Shown here one piece after another: positions 27,642 through 35,482 of a stretch of DNA of 35,482 nucleotides. The position numbers and the translations under genes are program-made. A model generated the notes under the pieces. It was given only the letters and a program-made list of their open reading frames with translations, ran no database searches and was not told where the DNA came from. The first letter of the stretch is position 1. The number at the start of each line of letters is the position of its first letter. Source of the stretch: Candidatus Jordarchaeia archaeon (GTDB lineage Archaea; Asgardarchaeota; Jordiarchaeia; Jordiarchaeales; Jordiarchaeaceae); the NCBI GenBank assembly GCA_029856435.1, contig JAHQXB010000165.1, positions 1-35,482 of the forward strand, written 5' to 3'.

Positions 27642-28334
27642 ATGCGTTTTGGAGGTAATTGTTTGCTTGGAAAATTTAAGGAAATTCTTACGAAATCGTT
27701 TGCGCCAGCTGTAAATGTTGCGGTGAGGATTGGATTAACTCCCAACCGTATCACAGTCTTGGGATTCATTTTATCCATTGTGGTCAGTGTACTAATTGTA
27801 GGGAATAGAGTATACCCGGTTAACCTCATAAACGAGTGGCAGAGACTGATTTTAGCCTCTTTAACTATTTTTGCTATGGGATTCTGCGATTTACTGGATG
27901 GGCTGGTCGCTCGAAAGACAGGTAAAATAACAGTGTTTGGCGGTTTCCTCGATTCTGTGTTAGACCGCTACACAGAAGTATTCATTTTTGCTGCCTTAAT
28001 TATAGGCGGATACTGCCACCCAATTTGGGGAATCGTAACTATGGTGGGCGCCCTCTTGGTAAGTTACGCTAGAGCCCGCGCGGAGGCTGCTGGATTAAAG
28101 AATCTGGGAATCGGAATAGCTGAAAGACCAGAAAGACTTGCAGTATTGGGCGTTGCAATACTTGCTCAGGGCATATTTCTGACATCCTGGTTCCCCACTC
28201 AAAATCAAATCATATATTGGACCATAATCCTTCTAGCCTTTCTAACACATTTCACAGTCATCCAGAGGTTTTACTACGCCTACAAAAGACTGCCAAAAAC
28301 ACCAACAGTGGAAAAACCAGACGGCAAAACATAA
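27642..28334 (+). CDS. CDP-alcohol phosphatidyltransferase (archaetidylinositol-phosphate synthase-like)
   Basis: TPNRIT and signature DLLDGLVARKTGKITVFGGFLDSVLDRY, SYARARAE, GIAERPER. Confidence 0.9.
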   Translation: MRFGGNCLLGKFKEILTKSFAPAVNVAVRIGLTPNRITVLGFILSIVVSVLIVGNRVYPVNLINEWQRLILASLTIFAMGFCDLLDGLVARKTGKITVFGGFLDSVLDRYTEVFIFAALIIGGYCHPIWGIVTMVGALLVSYARARAEAAGLKNLGIGIAERPERLAVLGVAILAQGIFLTSWFPTQNQIIYWTIILLAFLTHFTVIQRFYYAYKRLPKTPTVEKPDGKT

Positions 28335-28490
28335 TTAGGTCACCAAAAAATTCTACTTTTACCCAAAAACTATCTTCCCATTAAAGGATCCTAGTGAGAA
28401 CCAGTACTGTGAGGGGTTTGCACCTAGAGAAAAAATAATAACTTTCGGCTAACCCATTATTAGTAGTAAAAATAAGTCAAGTGGGGAAAA

Positions 28491-29657
28491 ATGGCGGAAA
28501 AATTATTTAAATATGCTACCCAAATAGCTCAAGAAGCAATAGAACACGATAATCGTGGAAATTACAAACAGGCTTATGAGCAATATTTGAGAGCCGCAGA
28601 TATACTGCTCAAGTGTATGCAGTTCACCGACAATCCAGAACTGAGACAAATTTACTACGAACGGGCAGAAAAATATGTAAAGCGTTGTAAACAAATTAAA
28701 GCGGCTGTGGTTTCGCCTCGGAGAGCTCCCACCATAAAGTCAAGCATAGCCACAGGAGAGGAAAGCGGGGTCGGAGACGATGAGCTGTCAAAAGCAATAT
28801 CTGACACAATAATTGCAGAAAAACCAGACATCAAATGGAGCGATGTAGCAGACCTCAACTCTGCAAAACAGGCTTTAAGAGAGGCTATTATTCTCCCAAT
28901 GATGCGTCCAGACCTCTTTGAGGGGGCGAGAAAGCCTTGGAAGGGGATACTCCTATTTGGTCCTCCTGGTTGTGGGAAGACATTGATTGCTAAGGCGGTT
29001 GCATCTGAAGTTAAAGCCACATTCTTCAATGTGTCCGCAGCTACATTGGTGAGCAAGTGGTTGGGCGAATCGGAGAAGCTTGTTAGGGAACTTTTTGTTG
29101 CAGCCCGTAATAAGCAGCCTGCAATAATTTTCATAGATGAAGTTGACAGTATAGCGACGAGACGCGAAGGAGACGAGGTGGGTGGGGAACGGAGGTTGAA
29201 GACTCAGCTTATGCAGGAGATGGAGGGAGTTACTTCAAACAAGAAGGATCAAATCGTTGTTCTGGGTGCGACAAATGTTCCTTGGGAGCTCGACCCTGCG
29301 CTCCGTCGGCGATTCGAAAAAAGAATCTACATTAGTATGCCAGAAGAAGAGGCAAGGGAGGAGATCTTTAAAATTCATACGCGAGGCGTTGATCTAGAGA
29401 AGGATGTAGACTTTAAAGAGCTTGCGAAGCTAACGGAGGGTTATGTTGGTTCAGATATTGCTATGATATGTAGGGAGGCCTTGATGATGCCTATAAGGGA
29501 ACTGGATGCGGTCGGTGCATTAAATGATAAAAATGTGAAGGTGCGACCTGTTTCTAGGAATGATTTTTTGGAGGCTCTGCGTGGAGTAAAGCCTGTTGTT
29601 TCACCTTCTGAGTTGGTTAAGTTCAAACAGTGGGCTGAGGAGTTTGCTGTAGAATAA
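28491..29657 (+). CDS. vps4: Vps4-like AAA+ ATPase with N-terminal MIT domain
   Basis: MIT (AQEAIEHDNRGNYKQAYEQY...YYERAEKYVKR), GPPGCGKT, FIDEVD, pore loops VSKWLGESEKL and RRLKTQL, ATNVPWELDPALRRRFEKR. Confidence 0.92.
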   Translation: MAEKLFKYATQIAQEAIEHDNRGNYKQAYEQYLRAADILLKCMQFTDNPELRQIYYERAEKYVKRCKQIKAAVVSPRRAPTIKSSIATGEESGVGDDELSKAISDTIIAEKPDIKWSDVADLNSAKQALREAIILPMMRPDLFEGARKPWKGILLFGPPGCGKTLIAKAVASEVKATFFNVSAATLVSKWLGESEKLVRELFVAARNKQPAIIFIDEVDSIATRREGDEVGGERRLKTQLMQEMEGVTSNKKDQIVVLGATNVPWELDPALRRRFEKRIYISMPEEEAREEIFKIHTRGVDLEKDVDFKELAKLTEGYVGSDIAMICREALMMPIRELDAVGALNDKNVKVRPVSRNDFLEALRGVKPVVSPSELVKFKQWAEEFAVE

Positions 29658-29671
29658 TTTTAATAATAGGG

Positions 29672-30406
29672 ATGAAAATGGCGGAAAAACAGAAAGAAAA
29701 GAAAATTGAAAAACGGGGCGAAAAGCAATCGAATGCTTTGGAGGAAATCGAAGAAGATAAAGTGCTTGAAGGAGCAGATTCGCTCGAGCTTAAAATTGAG
29801 ATTCTCAGAGAAGATATTGAAAGACTGAAAGCTGAGCTTCAACTGATAAAACAGGGGAAAGAAGCTTCCGCCGGCATATCCCAAGATTTCGTTACAGAAG
29901 CACCTAAAGTGGTTGAAAGAATCGCTCCTCTGCCTGATTGGGTGGATAAACCTTGGATGTACATTAAACCTGAAAAACCCGAATTTTTAGAGTCTTGGAG
30001 AAGGGATTGGTCTGACTATACGTTAAAATGGGCAAAATTTTTGGTCATACATCTGATAAGTGTAACTGAATTGATGGAGAAAAACCCCTTCGACAAACTA
30101 TCCGAGGTGGCTCTTAGGGATATACTGGAGTACATGAATTCAAAGAATAGTATTAAGTGGTGGGACAAAAATAAAACTTTGGTAAGAATTTATTGGCGGT
30201 CGCTGGAAGAATGGTGCGAAATAATTTATCGATGGGCCCTAAGAACCGGTCGCCTCGACTTCACACTTTTTGAGATAATGGATGAAAAAGAAGAATTCAG
30301 CACTCTACCTCCTGAAGACATAAAAGAGATTTTTAGGCTTATGGTTGAAAAACGTTTCGCTGAATGGATGGGGAAAAAACACGAAATGATAAAAATCAAT
30401 TATTAA
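29672..30406 (+). CDS. vps25: ESCRT-II Vps25-like tandem winged-helix protein with an N-terminal coiled-coil extension
   Basis: WWDKNKTLVRIYWRSLEEWCEIIYRWAL..G...FTLFEI...EEFSTLP matches the Vps25 pattern EWxD..k..xIYWRxPEEWA..IYxW..TLYEL..EF..L; 14 bp after vps4. Confidence 0.82.
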   Translation: MKMAEKQKEKKIEKRGEKQSNALEEIEEDKVLEGADSLELKIEILREDIERLKAELQLIKQGKEASAGISQDFVTEAPKVVERIAPLPDWVDKPWMYIKPEKPEFLESWRRDWSDYTLKWAKFLVIHLISVTELMEKNPFDKLSEVALRDILEYMNSKNSIKWWDKNKTLVRIYWRSLEEWCEIIYRWALRTGRLDFTLFEIMDEKEEFSTLPPEDIKEIFRLMVEKRFAEWMGKKHEMIKINY

Positions 30407-30537
30407 TTTCGGTCTTCTAAACGTAATATAAACCCTTTTAGGTGTGTACGCCATAAATAAATCAAAAACACATTTAGTCGGCTTTCCCATTCTTCAAAGC
30501 ATCATTTATTCATTATATAAGAGGTTGGTGCGCGAAA

Positions 30538-30957
30538 ATGGAATTCCTGAAAAAATTTTCAGGTAAAAAGGAAGAGAATTTATGCTTGGATAAAGAAAAC
30601 AATGCTGCAATGGGAACAGAGGAATATTTATCAAAACTTGGGGTTTTCGAGGAGGAAACCGAATCTAAAGAAGTTGCCCAAGAAATAGTTGATTCTGGAG
30701 TTGTGTATATTAAATCAATCCCCCTTTTAACACTGGCAGATGTTCCTAGAATAGCTGAAGAGCTGAAATCAGGAAACATAGTCATTATACATGCTAAGCC
30801 CTTTATACAAAGAGTACAGTCAAACAGTGAACTTAAAAGAGCCGTTGACCAATTACGAGGTGTTTGCCGACAAATAGATGGAGATATAGCCCAATTGGGA
30901 AACGAGTACATAATTGTTACACCCGGTCCTTACATAAGAATCTACCATAGAGACTAG
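30538..30957 (+). CDS. sepF: Archaeal cell division protein SepF
   Basis: N-terminal amphipathic MEFLKKFSGKK; core IAEELKSGNIVII...ELKRAVDQLRGVCRQIDGDIAQLG.EYIIVTP. Confidence 0.87.
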   Translation: MEFLKKFSGKKEENLCLDKENNAAMGTEEYLSKLGVFEEETESKEVAQEIVDSGVVYIKSIPLLTLADVPRIAEELKSGNIVIIHAKPFIQRVQSNSELKRAVDQLRGVCRQIDGDIAQLGNEYIIVTPGPYIRIYHRD

Positions 30958-31407
30958 AAAAATATCAAAAATTACTACATTATTTATCTCAGAATTAAAA
31001 TAACACCCACGCAAAACAATAATAATAAAAATTATCATACACACCTACTTCCTGTGGGCGAAAAATGGTTAAATGATCCCTATGCTTTGAAGGAGGTTTC
31101 ATTTATTTTGCCTTCTTTTGGCAAGTTAATCGCTGGGTAAAAGAGACCTTGTTACCAATCCTCTTTTCCAGTAAAGTAAAGAAGGTATAAAGCGTTAGAT
31201 AGACTTCCATAATTTAAATCCATATCAAAAACTAATATTTTTAGAAAGCTATAATGGTGAAGTGTTGCCAACTTTTTTAAGACCTTAAGGCTTGGTTGCA
31301 GTTTTTCGCGGAGAACTTATTAGGCTTCTAGCTTTAGTCAAATCGTGGACTACTCGAACGCTAAAATCTTCTTTAAAGAAATATAAAATGAGTTGAGGTA
31401 GAACAAT

Positions 31408-32208
31408 ATGAGTTCTGAAGTGGTATTATTCGAAAAGCGTGATGGAATTGGAAAAATAACTTTGAATAGACCTGATGCCCTAAACGCGCTCACAATCGAA
31501 GTGTTTGAAAAACTACGTGAATATTTCGCTATGATCCGCGAAGATGACGATGTGAAACTTATGGTGATAACAGGCGCGGGAAGAGCCTTCTCGGCGGGTT
31601 TGGATCTATCTCTGCTAGGCGGCTCCCTCTTACAAAATGTCTCCAAACTCAGAATCTTTCTTAGGAGGTTACAAGACACTCTCAGTATGCCGGAGAGTAT
31701 TGAGAAGCCTTCTATAGCTGCAGTAAACGGTTTAGCTCTTGGAGGAGGTACAGAGTTAGCCTTGGCCTGCGACATAAGAATAGCTTCTGAAAATGCAATA
31801 TTTGGTCTACCAGAAGTTTGTTATGGGATAATACCTGATATTGGAGGAGCTCAGAGACTACCCCGCATAGTGGGCTTAGGCAGAGCAAAAGAGTTAATCC
31901 TCACGGGGGAACCAATCGACGCGCAAGAAGCTTGGCGTATAGGACTAGTAAATAAAGTTGTTCCTCAAAACCAACTAGAAGTTGCAGTCAAAACAATGGC
32001 AAGTAAAATAATGGATAATGGACCAATTGCGGTAGGACTAGGAAAAATGGTTGCTGACAAATCATTTGACATCGATCTTAAAACCCTTATGGAATACACC
32101 GTTTTAGCACAAGATACCTGCATTAGGACACAGGACTTAGTAAGTCTCTATAAGAAAAAAATGGAAAAAATAAAAAGCAAAACAACAAAACCGCAACCCG
32201 AGAAATAA
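31408..32208 (+). CDS. Enoyl-CoA hydratase/isomerase (crotonase family)
   Basis: ITLNRPDALNAL, FSAGLDL, IAAVNGLALGGGTELALACDIR, GLPEVCYGIIPDIGG. Confidence 0.92.
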   Translation: MSSEVVLFEKRDGIGKITLNRPDALNALTIEVFEKLREYFAMIREDDDVKLMVITGAGRAFSAGLDLSLLGGSLLQNVSKLRIFLRRLQDTLSMPESIEKPSIAAVNGLALGGGTELALACDIRIASENAIFGLPEVCYGIIPDIGGAQRLPRIVGLGRAKELILTGEPIDAQEAWRIGLVNKVVPQNQLEVAVKTMASKIMDNGPIAVGLGKMVADKSFDIDLKTLMEYTVLAQDTCIRTQDLVSLYKKKMEKIKSKTTKPQPEK

Positions 32209-32316
32209 TTATTACTATACTTAATTACAAAAAAGGAATGAGCAGAATAAAAAACAATGGGTGTTTACGGAGACACTAACGCAAAAAGCTGTTTGTTTTG
32301 ATATCTGACCAAATTT

Positions 32317-32631
32317 TTAAAACTGTACCTTTAACTCCTTCAATTTATTTTTTAAAGCGTCAAACCTTTTCTGGCGGTCAGGAAATTCTTCCCATGTAGA
32401 GTAGGGCATGACCTCTTCGTGGCGGATTTCATTTAACATTTTTTTAAGTTCCAAACTACTGAGTTCCTTTTTAGAGATGGCCGTTTTAACTGCACCAGAA
32501 ACAATATCAATAGTTAACTCCTTGCCATCCTTAGTTTTGGCCTTTTCACCTTTTCCAACCCAATCCTTGAGCAAATTTTTCAAATCCCTTTGTTTTTCCT
32601 TGGCGGAAGACAAAGCTCTTTCACTCTCCAA
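32317..32631 (-). CDS. Hypothetical protein (104 aa, basic, helical)
   Basis: Only plausible ORF in the gap; globular-looking composition; no motif recognised. Confidence 0.55.
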   Translation of the reverse strand: MESERALSSAKEKQRDLKNLLKDWVGKGEKAKTKDGKELTIDIVSGAVKTAISKKELSSLELKKMLNEIRHEEVMPYSTWEEFPDRQKRFDALKNKLKELKVQF

Positions 32632-33066
32632 AATTATTTTCTTTGACCTTCGTTAATTTCTTAAATTAACGGATTACTTTTATGTCAATTAACAAATTTA
32701 TGATTTTCCCATCAAGATTGAGAGGATCAAATGGAAAAGGAAGCTAAAAACTAATCGGCAACTAAATTCAGAATAAGTATCAACAGTTGATATTTATAGA
32801 ATATACAAAAAGAAATAAGTGATAATACCAATTATTACCATTAGAAAAAAGGAAGTCAAGCTAATGTTATGGGAGTTACTTGTTGTAAGCGAAGCTATAA
32901 GAAAATTGCTGGACAAAATCCAAAACAGAGAAAAAAAGAAGAAAAATGGAAAAAGTTACCAGAAAAAATTTGATTACAATCATCAAAACTCCCCATTTGA
33001 TTCCTTTAAAAAGTAAGGCAAAACTAATTCATCGAACTAACCTGATATATTAGTGGGTGAATTCTT

Positions 33067-33324
33067 ATGATTGAAAAGAAAGTTGGAACTGTATTCACAT
33101 ATTTCAAAAATATTGGAGTTGCGGGGGTAAAAGTTGAAGCAGAGTTATCCGTAGGAGACACCATTCGTATAGTAGGGGCCACCACAGATTTCCAGCAAAA
33201 GGTTGAAAGTATGCAGATTGAAAAGGTTTCCATTCAAAAGGCAAAAGCAGGAGATTCTATAGGCATTAAAGTAAAGGAACGCGTAAGACCAAATGACGTA
33301 GTATATAAAATAAGTGAAAACTGA
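33067..33324 (+). CDS. Small translation-factor-like beta-barrel protein (EF-Tu domain II / U32 peptidase C-terminal-like)
   Basis: VGTVFTYFKNIGVAGV...LSVGDTIRIVG..TDFQQKVESMQI...AKAGDSIGIKV..RVRPNDVVY. Confidence 0.75.
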   Translation: MIEKKVGTVFTYFKNIGVAGVKVEAELSVGDTIRIVGATTDFQQKVESMQIEKVSIQKAKAGDSIGIKVKERVRPNDVVYKISEN

Positions 33325-33354
33325 AAAAGGCGGTATCCCCTTCTCAATACTCTT

Positions 33355-33379
33355 TGGAAACACTGGAAATACTGGAAAT
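33355..33379. repeat. Three copies of TGGAAA at 9-bp period (TGGAAACAC TGGAAATAC TGGAAAT)
   Basis: Read directly at 33355, 33364 and 33373; followed by an AT-rich tract at about 33380-33425. Confidence 0.7.
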
Positions 33380-33438
33380 GATAGTTACATATGTTATTAT
33401 TAATTAACTAAATAATAAAAAATTATGTCACTCTGTGA

Positions 33439-33642
33439 AGAGAGGACGTTAACGAAGATGATGCGGTTCAGAGAAGAGGTTTATAAAATGGCCACCCCCA
33501 AAAAGACCCTAAAATTGAGACTTACAATAATACCTCCTCTGAACGCAGAAACATTACACTTGAAGGTGGACGCTACACGCGTAATCCCACACTTCAGCCG
33601 CTTTTCTTGCCCGCTCGAAAAAACAACTTAAACGTCCTCTCT
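33439..33642. repeat. Nested inverted repeats forming a ~200-nt multi-stem element
   Basis: Perfect 12-bp AGAGAGGACGTT (33439-50)/AACGTCCTCTCT (33631-42); inner imperfect arms 33462-80/33532-47; hairpin 33561-33596. Confidence 0.65.
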
Positions 33643-33673
33643 CACCCCCAAATTCAAAATGCATAATTGGAGA

Positions 33674-34630
33674 ATGAACCTATTGAGTGGTGTACTATCC
33701 TTAGAAGATCTGCCCGGAATAGGCCCTGCCATATCCAAAAAGTTAAGTGAGAGTGGCTATAGAACTCCTGAAGCTGTAGCAGTTGCTACACCAAAAGAAC
33801 TAGCAGCGGCGGCAGATATTGGAGAATCAACTGCTGCAAGAATCATTGAAGCAGCCAGAGAGAAATTGAATATCGGATTTATATCCGCCGAGGAATATCT
33901 AGGCCAAAGAAAAAGTATATCACAGATCACCACAGGAACCAAAAATTTGGATCAACTGTTAGGCGGGGGTGTCGAGACCAAAGGAATCACGGAACTATTC
34001 GGAGAATTCCGAACCGGCAAAACTCAGCTATGTCATCAGCTTGCCGTAACAGTCCAATTACCTGAAGAATTAGGAGGACTGGGTGGAGAAGCAATTTACA
34101 TCGACACCGAAGGAACCTTCAGACCCGAACGCCTCATTTCCATCTCTGAAAGATTCACATTAGAACCTAAAGAAGTTTTAAAAAACGTTACTTTCGCTAG
34201 AGCCTACAACTCAGATCACCAACTCTACCTATCCCAAAGTATAGAAGAGCTAATCGAAAAAGGAAAAAACATCAAACTAATTATAGTAGACAGCATCGTA
34301 GGCTACTTTAGAGCAGAGTACATAGGACGCGGTATGCTTGCAGAACGCCAACAGAAACTAAACAAGCACCTTCATACACTATTAAAGCTCTCAGAACTAT
34401 ACAACTTAGCCGTAATAGTCACAAATCAAGTTATGGCAAAGCCAGACACCTTTTTCGGCGATCCCACATCACCAGTCGGCGGACACATTGTCGCTCATAA
34501 CTGCACCACCAGAGTCTACCTGCGAAAAAGCAGAGGTAATCAGAGAATAGCTCGTCTCGTAGACAGCCCATACTTACCCGAAGCTGAGGTAGTCTTCAGT
34601 ATCGAAGAAGACGGGGTAAAAGACGCATAA
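33674..34630 (+). CDS. radA: DNA repair and recombination protein RadA
   Basis: [10 protein letters not shown] Hh[45 protein letters not shown]; no intein; ATG 33674 preferred. Confidence 0.96.
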   Translation: MNLLSGVLSLEDLPGIGPAISKKLSESGYRTPEAVAVATPKELAAAADIGESTAARIIEAAREKLNIGFISAEEYLGQRKSISQITTGTKNLDQLLGGGVETKGITELFGEFRTGKTQLCHQLAVTVQLPEELGGLGGEAIYIDTEGTFRPERLISISERFTLEPKEVLKNVTFARAYNSDHQLYLSQSIEELIEKGKNIKLIIVDSIVGYFRAEYIGRGMLAERQQKLNKHLHTLLKLSELYNLAVIVTNQVMAKPDTFFGDPTSPVGGHIVAHNCTTRVYLRKSRGNQRIARLVDSPYLPEAEVVFSIEEDGVKDA

Positions 34631-34729
34631 GCCAAAACTTCACGAATTAATATTTATCAAAAAGAAACTATTGCAAATAGATATCAGGAGCAAGTATAAA
34701 AAGCAAATGAACTTCTGCTTTATGTTTCT

Positions 34730-35420
34730 CACCACCTCGGCCCTCGGGGGGAGCCTCAAGACTTGGTGGAGGCGTTCTTCCTTACCCGGAAGAGGGGTTT
34801 CACGCCCCGGTTCGCTGCACTGGTTAAAACAGTCTCGGGTGTCGCTGGCCCCCCATCCCCTAGGACTGCTTCCACCTCGGCTTTTGACTGGGATTGGCAG
34901 AGGAGTTCGGGGAACGCTCGGGCGTCTGGCATCTCCTCGCTGGTGGCCTTGAATCCTAGGATCTTCCGGGTTTCCACATCCACGATGAGGTGAAGTTTGA
35001 GGAAGCCTCTCCTTCTCTTCCACTTGTGTCTCATCCACTCACTATATAGTTGCCCACCTTGAGTCCGGTGGAGTCGACGGCCACGGTGACTGCCTCTCCA
35101 GGCTTCAGCCGTAGGTCGGGGAGCCTCCTCTCTTCCACGAGCCTTTTTATTCTTCGATAGGCTGTCGAGGGGCGATGGTGAGCCTACCACCCAGGAGGCG
35201 GGAGAATCTCCTGGTGAAGCCAGCCAGTTGGCAGTAGGGGAGCTTGAGGCGGATCCGGAGCACTGCCAAGGTTCAGATGAGGCTGTGGATGTAGGTGAAG
35301 GGGCGCCCTACCATACCTTCATTCATCTTCTTAGGCTCCTCTTCGGGGTCTTCCTCCTGGCCGATTAGCAGGATCAGTTCCCCCCTTTAACCAGCTTATC
35401 TTCTGACATTCATGCAACCT
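34730..35420 (-). pseudogene. IS5-family transposase, frameshifted remnant
   Basis: Fragments in different frames: LVK-GELIL, KMNEGMVGRPFTY, LPYCQLAGF, AVDSTGL, SEWMRHKWKRRRGFLKLHLIVDVET, VLGDGG; internal stop and frameshifts; boundaries approximate. Confidence 0.8.
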
Positions 35421-35482
35421 CACGAAACTTCTTCACAAAGGGGGAACTAATATAGGAGGGGGAGAAAAATAAGTTTTACGCC

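Noticed and set aside
33425-33631. 68-aa ORF overlapping the structured element
   Set aside because: No recognisable motif; the inverted-repeat structure explains the region better.
1-35482. CRISPR arrays, rRNA genes, inteins, and the many antisense shadow ORFs in the track
   Set aside because: No regularly spaced repeats or rRNA-like tracts; radA and the synthetases have normal lengths; shadow ORFs lie opposite well-supported genes.

Overview
Archaeal chromosomal window, most likely from an Asgard archaeon (inferred from a Rab-like GTPase, a MIT-domain Vps4 and an ESCRT-II Vps25-like gene). It is mainly housekeeping: valS, alaS, class I lysS; the ftsZ-secE-spt5-rpl11-rpl1-rplP0-rpl12 cluster; the rnp4-yhbY-rps19e-PDCD5-rpl39e-rpl31e-eIF6-rpl18a-pfdA-ftsY-argF cluster; Sm-rpl37e, thiL, nep1, radA. 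Degenerate IS6-like and IS5-like transposase sequences lie at the two edges. The main signal is invisible in the ORF track. All six tRNA genes I could reconstruct by hand are interrupted, with 14 bulge-helix-bulge (BHB)-type introns at 10 positions, 11 of them non-canonical. Three tRNAs carry three introns each. tRNA-Thr(CGU) has an intron at 8/9, next to the acceptor stem, a position I do not recall being reported. Two anticodon loops are split by non-canonical introns. Other points: a vps4-vps25-sepF gene run, a P0 lacking its acidic tail, kb-scale strand-skew flips near tRNA genes, and a ~200-nt multi-stem element upstream of radA. All structures were folded by eye and no searches were run.
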